NCBI GenBank assembly: GCA_049718365.1
Contig: JBNARN010000001.1
Location: 1-46,405, forward strand
Reading direction: 5' to 3'
From: Candidatus Bathyarchaeales archaeon
GTDB lineage: Archaea; Thermoproteota; Bathyarchaeia; Bathyarchaeales; Bathycorpusculaceae
Length of the DNA: 46,405 bases
Shown: positions 27,861 through 35,374 of the stretch, piece after piece
Layout: each line of letters begins with the position of its first letter
How positions within the stretch are numbered: the first letter of the stretch is position 1
The notes under the pieces: model-generated
What the model was told of the DNA's origin: nothing
Databases searched by the model: none
What the model saw: the letters and a program-made list of their open reading frames with translations, nothing else
Position numbers and translations under genes: made by a program

Positions 27861-28546
27861 TAATTCTACTTATGGTAACAGTCGGCGCTTCTATCGAGTA
27901 CTACAAACAGATTCGCAAAGCTCAAAAGGAATATGAAAAGGCTAGAGAAATAATAGAAGACATCGTGCTTAGTTTTAGCCGCGAACTAAAGCGAGAAGCG
28001 GAAAGCATAGAGGGAATAGCGTTTAAGTTAGAAGGGAATGCAGCAAAGGCAGAGACGAGCCTTAAAAAAACAGAAAGACTCGAAAGGCAATTGGCACTTA
28101 TAGAAAACGCGCTGAAAATGCTTTCTGAAAACTATACAGGAATCTTATCAAAAACTGTAGAGATTGAGGCAAAAACCAACAATATTGAGGCAACATGCCA
28201 AACGCTGAAAGCAAAAATCACAGAAGTGGAAGAGCAGGCGCAGAAAGCAGCTGCAATACCGGAAATAAAGAGTGAGCCAGTTATACCAATAAGAAGAGAC
28301 AAGGCGATGTCGGCATTAACGGACACCGAGATAGCGGTTTTAGAACTGCTTGTGACAGAGGGCCCGAAAACGGCGCCTGAGATTAGGGATAAAATTGGGC
28401 TTAGCAGAGAACACACTGCGCGACTTATGAAGAAACTTTATGAAGAAGGCTACCTTGAAAGAGAGACAGGCAAAATTCCATTTAGGTATAGCGTCAAAAA
28501 AGAAATGGAAAAATTCTTAAAGAAAGCAGAAAGCGAGCAAATGTAA
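27824..28546 (+). CDS. Membrane-anchored coiled-coil protein with C-terminal MarR/TrmB-type winged helix
   Basis: 240 aa. It has an N-terminal TM helix (VSLIITIILLMVTVGASI) and a ~130-aa heptad-rich helical region. The C-terminus is LTDTEIAVLELLVTEGPKTAPEIRDKIGLSREHTARLMKKLYEEGYLERE (wHTH). The GTG start lies inside array 2. Confidence 0.6.
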   Translation: MPHVIEVSLIITIILLMVTVGASIEYYKQIRKAQKEYEKAREIIEDIVLSFSRELKREAESIEGIAFKLEGNAAKAETSLKKTERLERQLALIENALKMLSENYTGILSKTVEIEAKTNNIEATCQTLKAKITEVEEQAQKAAAIPEIKSEPVIPIRRDKAMSALTDTEIAVLELLVTEGPKTAPEIRDKIGLSREHTARLMKKLYEEGYLERETGKIPFRYSVKKEMEKFLKKAESEQM

Positions 28547-28547
28547 A

Positions 28548-30077
28548 TTATACCAAAGCCTTTTCTTGACCATTCAACTGTTTAAGCCGCGCGTTCATGT
28601 TCGAAAGGGATGAAGAATCTGGGAGACCATAGTCAGCGTTACCGCGTTTCGCCAAATAATCAGGGTAATGGATGACTTTTATCGGAACAGCAAATTTGAT
28701 CTTTGGCTCAGAAATAAGCAGGGCTTCACCTACATCAAGCATCTTTATTTCGGTTTCACTGTACTCCATGTAAGGCGTGTTCTCAGTTAAGTATTGTCTA
28801 TCTTTCTTCAGCTCGGTTTTCATTATAACCTTAGTCCATAATTCAGCAAAAACATCAAAAGTAATTCTAGAAGGTCTCGGCGTCACAGCGTTAAGACCAA
28901 CACGGTACTTGCGGTAGGTGAGGGCAATATCCGAAAAAATTGTCCTCGAGCCGTTTGGGTCAAGAAATTCGTGTGCTTCTTCAAGAGTTATAAGCAAAGT
29001 AGGAAGCTTCTGCCACTCCTCGTAATTCTCTTCCCACATGCGCTTGTAATGTTCGGCAACTGCTGATGCGGATAGGCAAACAATGCGTTTTTGGTCTTCA
29101 GAACGAAGACCCGAAATGTCAATTAAACAAGTTACACCTTTGCAAATATTTTGCAAAACGCTGTCAACGAAAGAATAATTGGTGACGGGAAAAAGCTCAT
29201 TAGACAAAGAAGAAAGTTTCTGCATGAGGGCCTCAATAACAACTTTATTCGCTTGCACAGGAAGCTTCTCGCCCTTTGCATAGGTTTCTCGGCTTATTTC
29301 AATCCAAGCGGATCCAAAATGCTGGTAAAGAGCTCGCGCTAGTCTTTTTTGAGGAGGTTGAATATCTGGGAAAAGCGTGTCTAGCTTGGCAGGAGTTATC
29401 GTTCGTAAACCAACCGCCATTTTCCCGTCTCTAGCTGAGTAATATTGTACCTTACTGTGAAAAAGAGGGTGATCTCTTAAGCCTCTTTGCGGTTCAATTT
29501 CTTTCCCTTCTAATAGTTGACCTGCAAAATCGTAGATTAACGCTACCGTTCTAGGGCTATTATCGATTATTTGAGCGTTTAGAATTAATTCAGTATTTGT
29601 CTTTCCTGAACCAGTCATGCCGAACATGCCCATCATTCGAGGGATTGCAGAGATATTTATGCCCACTGAACCGAGCAATTGGTCAGCTGAGCGTAAGCGT
29701 CCTATTTCAAGGTCTCCGGAAAGTTTTAGAATGGCGCAGTCTTCCTCGTTTGTTGCATAGACCTTATCTCGGTAATTTGGGTTAAAAGTAGGCGAGCGTA
29801 CTCGGTTATTTCTTTTTTCCAAGAAGAGTATTGCGTCTACACGTCTATACGCTGAGTATGGTCCAAAAGCTTCTTTGCCTTCAGCCTCTCGTAGCTGCTC
29901 AATGGTTTCAAGGGTAGAGCTGCTTTCCGAGTTAACTACTCGTGCATAGAAGCACCTGTCGCTTGAGTCTATGCGTACTATTTGACCGAAGGACAAGTGA
30001 ATGTTCTTATTAACTAAGAAAGAGACAGAGTCTCCTTTAGTTCCACATACGAATCCTATTGGTTCAAGGTTGTCCAT
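28548..30077 (-). CDS. herA: HerA-like (DUF87/FtsK-HerA superfamily) ATPase
   Basis: It has an N-terminal HAS-barrel-like region (EPIGFVCGTKGDSVSFLV...GQIVRIDS...FYARVV), Walker A (GMTGSGKTN) and Walker B (LLITLEEAHEFL). The preferred start is ATG 30077, preceded by GGAGTGGTGGG, and it overlaps the nurA-like stop by 14 nt. Confidence 0.8.
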   Translation of the reverse strand: MDNLEPIGFVCGTKGDSVSFLVNKNIHLSFGQIVRIDSSDRCFYARVVNSESSSTLETIEQLREAEGKEAFGPYSAYRRVDAILFLEKRNNRVRSPTFNPNYRDKVYATNEEDCAILKLSGDLEIGRLRSADQLLGSVGINISAIPRMMGMFGMTGSGKTNTELILNAQIIDNSPRTVALIYDFAGQLLEGKEIEPQRGLRDHPLFHSKVQYYSARDGKMAVGLRTITPAKLDTLFPDIQPPQKRLARALYQHFGSAWIEISRETYAKGEKLPVQANKVVIEALMQKLSSLSNELFPVTNYSFVDSVLQNICKGVTCLIDISGLRSEDQKRIVCLSASAVAEHYKRMWEENYEEWQKLPTLLITLEEAHEFLDPNGSRTIFSDIALTYRKYRVGLNAVTPRPSRITFDVFAELWTKVIMKTELKKDRQYLTENTPYMEYSETEIKMLDVGEALLISEPKIKFAVPIKVIHYPDYLAKRGNADYGLPDSSSLSNMNARLKQLNGQEKALV

Positions 30078-31083
30078 CCCACCACTCCCATTGGAAAGCA
30101 TATTTTACACCATGAATTTCGTCAGCAAAGCGGCATGAAAGTTCTTCTCTTCGCAGGATTTCAAGTAATCCCGCCTCTTTCAATTTTTCTTCAATTTGTT
30201 CATGGTAAAAAAGCAGCATGGAATCTGAAGGGGCGGAAAACTCGTGGGCCAAATAAAGGCTTATTGGATAGCCGAGGCACCGCGGGTCAGTAGATACTGC
30301 AGTTAATGGCGAAAGCAGCTCGCAGATGTCATTTTTGGTCAAGTAATCCATTATATCACAACGGAAAACATGAGGACTGTCAGCGCATAGCTTCACAAGT
30401 GCTATGTCTCCATACAAGCTTTTGTCCTTGTCAGCCTTTTGCACAGGATGATAAACCCAAATGTCATAAGGAGCCATTGTGTACGTAGTAGAAATCAGAT
30501 CCCGGCCTTTATCATCATGTAAAGCAGGCGAATTTTTACTGATTGCCAAGAGATTAACGCCGCTTTTTTCGCATTCATCGTAAAGCATCACGCGAAATTT
30601 TCTTTCTCCACCGAAATATCCGCCGCCGTCAAGGAGAAGGTATATACTACGTGCATTGTTATGTGCGTGGTAAAAATTGGAAGTCGCGGCTTTAAGAGCG
30701 TTCAGAGCAACTTGGCTTTCTAATTCAATTCTAAAGTCTTGTAGGAAACTTCTCCTTGTGCGTGCATCCCCGATAACTGTGCAAACTCTTTCGAAATAGC
30801 TCCAATCTACCATGCGCTCTTTAACAACAACATAGGCGACCCGCATCAGATAAACGCCCCAGTTATTAGCTCTTTTCAGTGTCCGCGTAGAGCAATCGAC
30901 AGCTATGAAACTTCCAGAGAAATGGGTGAAAGGTTGTAAAGGCTTTATTAAAGCGGCGTCTGGCTTAACAGAGAATAATGGTTCCTCGTGTAATTCGGCG
31001 CTGCCGGTGACCCTGCCTTTGTCAACGTAGCATTTAAGTTTCTTTTCCATTTCTGCCAAATCTGGCTCAAGAGTTTGATTCAT
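30064..31083 (-). CDS. nurA: NurA-like nuclease
   Basis: Its motif series matches NurA: FIAVDCS, RIELES, LLLDGGG, AISKNS and GYPISLYLAHEFS. The ATG at 31083 is preferred over the TTG at 31095. Confidence 0.7.
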   Translation of the reverse strand: MNQTLEPDLAEMEKKLKCYVDKGRVTGSAELHEEPLFSVKPDAALIKPLQPFTHFSGSFIAVDCSTRTLKRANNWGVYLMRVAYVVVKERMVDWSYFERVCTVIGDARTRRSFLQDFRIELESQVALNALKAATSNFYHAHNNARSIYLLLDGGGYFGGERKFRVMLYDECEKSGVNLLAISKNSPALHDDKGRDLISTTYTMAPYDIWVYHPVQKADKDKSLYGDIALVKLCADSPHVFRCDIMDYLTKNDICELLSPLTAVSTDPRCLGYPISLYLAHEFSAPSDSMLLFYHEQIEEKLKEAGLLEILRREELSCRFADEIHGVKYAFQWEWWDGQP

Positions 31084-31181
31084 CGACTCGCCCAAATGTT
31101 GCAGCGGAACAATATTTAGAGGCCTAAAACGTAGTTTTTATGTTTTGTGCACACAGAAAAATGGAAAAGTCTTTTCTGAGA

Positions 31182-31625
31182 TTATTTAAACTGTTGTTTT
31201 ATTGTAGCATGCGGAACGTTCGGTGCAACTTTATACTTTAGGCTATTTGCTCCACCAGTTCTCAAGAGCAAACCTTTATTCGCCATTCTTGCAAGGTATG
31301 TTGAAACAGTACTAAGGCCTATTGGCTCCTTAAATTCCTGCTCGTAAACGGCTTGGACGTCCTTTGAAGAAAACCAGATGATTGGAAAATGTTTCTTAAT
31401 AACATAATGAACTTTTTCAAAACGTGAAAGGCTATTGCTTGTCAAGTTGCTACCAGCGACAGAAGTTGTTTCTTCGTTCGGCATGCCGCCTAATAACTCT
31501 ACGAGATCCAGCAAGTGTAGAGCTTTTTCTCGAGTGATTTGGCCCTCGAAAGCTATAGTGTAACGATTGCCTTCGCTATCGAATAGCTCTACACGCATTT
31601 TCCGCGCTGGCATTACAGAGTACAC
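31182..31625 (-). CDS. Hypothetical protein with C-terminal winged helix-turn-helix
   Basis: 147 aa. The C-terminal FSSKDVQAVYEQEFKEPIGLSTVSTYLARMANKGLLLRTGGANSLKYKV looks like a wHTH; the N-terminal ~45-aa domain was not recognised. The start is ambiguous (GTG 31625, ATG 31613 or ATG 31598). It is the first gene of the nurA/herA-like operon. Confidence 0.5.
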   Translation of the reverse strand: MYSVMPARKMRVELFDSEGNRYTIAFEGQITREKALHLLDLVELLGGMPNEETTSVAGSNLTSNSLSRFEKVHYVIKKHFPIIWFSSKDVQAVYEQEFKEPIGLSTVSTYLARMANKGLLLRTGGANSLKYKVAPNVPHATIKQQFK

Positions 31626-31795
31626 CTAGGTGCTGTTCACAATTTTTACACTTCACAACTTATAGCTGTTATGGTTAAAAAACAAAAAGTTAAAAGCTCA
31701 AATATCAGCTTATTTGCTTAAAAAGCCAAAATTTGCAGCTTACTTAGCTTAACAAGTTTCACAACATCTTTAAAAAATAAAAAAATTCAAGCATT

Positions 31796-31834
31796 ACCCC
31801 TATTTTTTATTTCCAATAGAAACTTAGGGGTGTC
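31796..31834 (+). promoter_or_regulatory. ORB-like origin recognition box 1
   Basis: The sequence is ACCCCTA-ttttttATTTCCAATAGAAACT-TAGGGGTGTC. A TTTC..GAAA dyad is followed by a GGGGT G-string, as in archaeal ORBs. A mirrored ACCCCTA copy lies upstream. Confidence 0.6.
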
Positions 31835-32062
31835 TCTTTCACAAGAAATAAGCATAGAAAATGGTAATTTCACAGAAAAGGAGGCAAATAAACAACAAAT
31901 AAAGTATAATTTCACATGTCTTTCACAAAATTGTGAAAATAAAAACCCAAAAGTCTGGAAAAGCAGCTAAACAGTATTGGTATACAAGGTACTTTTTCAA
32001 TAACAAGTGAGAGAACCAATGGCTTTTCCTGTTTGTACATAACGAAATTTCATTAAAACACA

Positions 32063-32098
32063 GACACCCCTCCATTTCCTCTCGAAAACTAAGTGGAA
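32063..32098 (-). promoter_or_regulatory. ORB-like origin recognition box (inverted orientation)
   Basis: The plus strand reads GACACCCCTCCATTTCCTCTCGAAAACTAAGTGGAA. This aligns with the reverse complement of ORB1 (GACACCCCTAAGTTTCTATTGGAAAT), with an identical GACACCCCT and a similar dyad. Confidence 0.55.
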
Positions 32099-32241
32099 TA
32101 AATCGAGTTGTGAAGACAGAAAAAATTTGTGTTAAAGTTTATCTAAAAAGTTTAATCATAATTATTAATATAGTTTTATTCGTATTACCTCGCAGAGTAT
32201 ATTTCTTTATGAAAAGAAATCAAATACACTTTGACCTATAT

Positions 32242-32274
32242 AGAGTATATTTCCAGTAGAAATTTTGGGGTGTG
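32242..32274 (+). promoter_or_regulatory. ORB-like origin recognition box 2
   Basis: AGAGTATATTTCCAGTAGAAATTTTGGGGTGTG has a TTCCAGTAGAAA dyad plus a GGGGTGTG G-string. It resembles classical ORB/mini-ORB sequences (TTCCAGTGGAAA...GGGGT). Confidence 0.65.
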
Positions 32275-32416
32275 TGGCTAACATGTTTAGGCAAATATGC
32301 CCTAAAAGTTTCGTTAGTTTTTAGGATTATTGAACATTAGAACTATTTTTTTATACTGCATGCTTTATCTGCTCCACTTGAAATAACGGTAGTGCCGCTG
32401 AAAAGGAGGGGGTAAC

Positions 32417-33649
32417 ATGGGTAATCAAAAAATACTTGATGATGTCTTCGAAAATTTCGTAAATGGTGCTCAGATCTTTAAGGATCGTGAGGTCTTAAGG
32501 CATGACTATCTACCTGAGAAACTACCCCATAGAGAAGAACAAATAAGACTTCTGGGAACAATAGTCGCGCCTGTTTTAAAAGTTGCACGATGCTCTAACA
32601 TTTTCATTTATGGTAACACTGGAACTGGTAAAACTGCTGTAACTAAATACGTTTTAAGCCATTTAGAAACTAAAGCAAAGATGTATGGTGTTCCTGTGAA
32701 ATTTTCTTACGTGAACTGCCGGATGACTGGTTCTGAATACCGGGTTTTTGCAAGTCTGAGTCAAAGTGTTGGTATAAGCGTGCCTTTTACTGGTTTGTCG
32801 GTTGACGAAGTTTTTGATAGGTTTAGAGTAGGTTTAGATACAGCAAAAACGATTTTTATCGTGGTATTGGACGAAATAGACGCTTTAATTAAAAATCGCG
32901 GTGATAAACTTCTTTATGAATTAACCAGAATAAATGAAACATTGAACAAAAGCAAAGTTTCAATAATTGGTATATCTAATGACTTGCGCTTGAAGGAATT
33001 TCTTGATCCTCGAGTTTTCAGTTCTCTTAGCGAAGAGGAGTTAGTTTTTAGGCCTTATGATGCAGGTGAATTGCGGAATATTCTTCTTGAACGTTCAAAA
33101 TTATCTTTCTATGAAGGTGTTCTTTCTGAAGCTGCCTTGAACGTTTGCTCTGCGTTAGCTGCTGCTGAGCATGGTGATGCTAGGCGTGCTTTAGATTTAT
33201 TGCGCGTTGCCGGGGAAGTTGCTGAACGCCAAGGGGCAAAGATGATTTTAGAGGAGCATGTTAGAGAAGCTGAGAGGCATATAGAACACAATCGTGTTAT
33301 GGAAGCTTTGAAGAACTTAACTTTGCACTCAAAGCTGGTTCTTTTAAGCGTGTATAGTTTGAATAAAGCAAGCGCGACTACTGGCGAGATCTATGACCTC
33401 TATAATACATTCTGTGGAGAGTTAGGAATAGGGCTTCTTACCCAACGGCGCCTAAGCACCTTAATTAATGAACTTGATGCAATGGGTATTCTAAATGCAA
33501 AAGTTGTTAGCATGGGCCGTTATGGCCGTACAAAAAAGATCAGATTAGAAATATCCCGAGTGTTGATCAGAGATGTCTTTGAAAGCGACAACCGAATAGG
33601 ACGCTTACTTGATTATAAATCTAAGAGCCCTCAAAAGTGCAATCAATAA
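32417..33649 (+). CDS. cdc6: Orc1/Cdc6 replication initiator
   Basis: 410 aa. It has Walker A (GNTGTGKTA), Walker B (VVLDEID), the sensor region GDARRALDLLR and a C-terminal winged helix. A strong GGAGGGGGT element lies 5 nt upstream of the ATG. Confidence 0.93.
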   Translation: MGNQKILDDVFENFVNGAQIFKDREVLRHDYLPEKLPHREEQIRLLGTIVAPVLKVARCSNIFIYGNTGTGKTAVTKYVLSHLETKAKMYGVPVKFSYVNCRMTGSEYRVFASLSQSVGISVPFTGLSVDEVFDRFRVGLDTAKTIFIVVLDEIDALIKNRGDKLLYELTRINETLNKSKVSIIGISNDLRLKEFLDPRVFSSLSEEELVFRPYDAGELRNILLERSKLSFYEGVLSEAALNVCSALAAAEHGDARRALDLLRVAGEVAERQGAKMILEEHVREAERHIEHNRVMEALKNLTLHSKLVLLSVYSLNKASATTGEIYDLYNTFCGELGIGLLTQRRLSTLINELDAMGILNAKVVSMGRYGRTKKIRLEISRVLIRDVFESDNRIGRLLDYKSKSPQKCNQ

Positions 33650-33817
33650 GGTTCTGCGCAGATCCGTAAGCTTAGCTGTTTAGCCCTCCGCTTTACGTTT
33701 GGGTTATCACGAAATTCAGTTGTGCTATTATTGTAACTTTAGTTTTAAGTGCTTGTTCCTTTCCTATACGATCTTGGTAAATTTTTGCTGATAGCGCTAC
33801 TGTGAGTTTAGCCTTGT

Positions 33818-35374
33818 CTAAATGAATGAGAGAATCATTGTTTCCAATGTTTGTAAATTCACTACCGGCACTTTTCCCGGTGTTGGGTTTAATCCAAGTT
33901 TTTGCATGTACTCTGTCTGTTCTTGCCAACAACCAGAATTCACAATTAATACTCCACGGTGATTGCAATGGCCAATGACATGGACGTGGCCAGCGTGGAA
34001 AATGTCTGGAACGCGCTCTATTACAAGAAAATCTTTGTTTTCTGGTGATAAGAGTGTTTTTCCGCCGTACACGGGTGCTAAATGGCGACTTTGAAGAAGC
34101 AGTTTCATCGCTTTCTCAGGACGTTCATGGCTTAACCCTGGCGCTGTGGCTATTATATCGTCTAAACTGCGGCCGTGGTACATTAAAACTTCCACGTTAT
34201 GAATGCTAACCCAACAAGGGCTACCAAGAGAATGTACTCTCCTGGATTTTTGTAGAATTTCCAAAAATTCTCCTGATATCGCTGGTTGGGGCAGCGCTTT
34301 TCGTGGTGTGTCGTGGTTTCCGGGGGAAATGATGACTTCTATGTAGTCTGGGATGCGTTCAATTAGTTTTGAGGCAAATTTGTATTGGTTATATACGTCT
34401 CTTATTACCAGTTCCTTCATTTGATTGGGGTATATTCCGATTCCGTCAATTATGTCGCCTGCAATTAGCAGGTATTTTACATGACCCGCTATCTCTTTCA
34501 TCTTGTCATTTCCGTATTTGCCGTTGAGCCATAGAATGAAGCGCTTGAAGGCTTCGCGATTAAACTTTGCGCTGCCCACATGGATGTCTGAAGTAAGCAC
34601 TGCGTAGATGGGTTCTGATGCCTTACGCCTAGGCTTCTGGTCTACCTCTGGAAAAATTATGTCCTCGACCAAGAAAAACTTGCTTCGTGTTTTTACCACA
34701 GCTAAACATACAACTTGATCTGGGAGAAGCTGCTGTGCTTTTTTATGGAGTTCTTCTGATGCTTGCCGAGGAACTAAAACATTCGCAAACGCCTCTAGAT
34801 CTTCGACAGTTAAAATTATGTTCTGTTTTGCTTCTCTTTTTTCTGTCACCATGCCAATTATTTTAAGTTTGGTTTTAGCAGGTGACTTTAGAGCTTCCAG
34901 TATAGGCGTTGCGGCTTTAACATCAAGTCTTTGCCTTAATAAGCGTTCAATTCGTTTAAACCTGTCCTGAAAATATTTAAGGTAATCCTCAACTGTTCCA
35001 TTAGCGCTAAGCTTGCTTGTAGGGTCCTCTATAACTTTAATGGCTGCTTCTACATCCTTTGCGTAAGGCTGGAAAGTGCTTCCGCCCTCGGTTATATACT
35101 GCTGCTGTGGAGGCTCAATTTTTTCGCTCTGAATTTCGATTTGTTCGCTTTTTGTAGCCTCTGGTTGTTTAAGCAGCGTTTCTAAAAAGCTGCGGTCGAT
35201 GAATAGTGGCTTTTCAGGCAATTCTTCTAATCTTTGCAACGCTCTGCTTATTATGGTGGCTGGGTCATCCATGGCGGCGGCGTGGTGTAAATAATCAAAC
35301 GCGTCGCTACTTAACTGATACCCTGCTGCAATTGTTGCTTCAACTGCTCTTTGCAGTTTTTCTTGTTCACTCAT
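33818..35374 (-). CDS. polB: DNA polymerase II (PolD) small subunit DP1 (Mre11-like phosphoesterase/exonuclease)
   Basis: It has the C-terminal calcineurin-like motifs VLTSDIHVGS, LLIAGDIIDG, ISPGNHD, YHGRS and HAGHVH, plus an OB region upstream. The ATG at 35374 is preferred and overlaps the upstream gene's stop as ATGA. Confidence 0.9.
   Translation of the reverse strand: MSEQEKLQRAVEATIAAGYQLSSDAFDYLHHAAAMDDPATIISRALQRLEELPEKPLFIDRSFLETLLKQPEATKSEQIEIQSEKIEPPQQQYITEGGSTFQPYAKDVEAAIKVIEDPTSKLSANGTVEDYLKYFQDRFKRIERLLRQRLDVKAATPILEALKSPAKTKLKIIGMVTEKREAKQNIILTVEDLEAFANVLVPRQASEELHKKAQQLLPDQVVCLAVVKTRSKFFLVEDIIFPEVDQKPRRKASEPIYAVLTSDIHVGSAKFNREAFKRFILWLNGKYGNDKMKEIAGHVKYLLIAGDIIDGIGIYPNQMKELVIRDVYNQYKFASKLIERIPDYIEVIISPGNHDTPRKALPQPAISGEFLEILQKSRRVHSLGSPCWVSIHNVEVLMYHGRSLDDIIATAPGLSHERPEKAMKLLLQSRHLAPVYGGKTLLSPENKDFLVIERVPDIFHAGHVHVIGHCNHRGVLIVNSGCWQEQTEYMQKLGLNPTPGKVPVVNLQTLETMILSFI

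Larger units (their letters stand above)
31626..32416. other. Predicted chromosomal replication origin (oriC)
   Basis: This is a 790-bp non-coding, AT-rich region immediately upstream of orc1/cdc6. It holds three ORB-like elements, two in one orientation and one inverted. A very AT-rich stretch (approx 32119-32187) lies between the inverted pair. There is also an exact 12-bp repeat AGAGTATATTTC at 32194 and 32242. Confidence 0.7.

Noticed and set aside
26541-31625. Interpretation of the accessory region as an integrated plasmid or provirus.
   Set aside because: By eye I found no integrase or recombinase, no flanking direct repeats, no tRNA target and no capsid or Rep genes. It remains only a remote possibility and is noted in the findings as one option.
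33693-33968. A 91-aa minus-strand ORF downstream of cdc6.
   Set aside because: It overlaps the well-supported 3' end of the DP1 gene in another frame and has no recognisable features.
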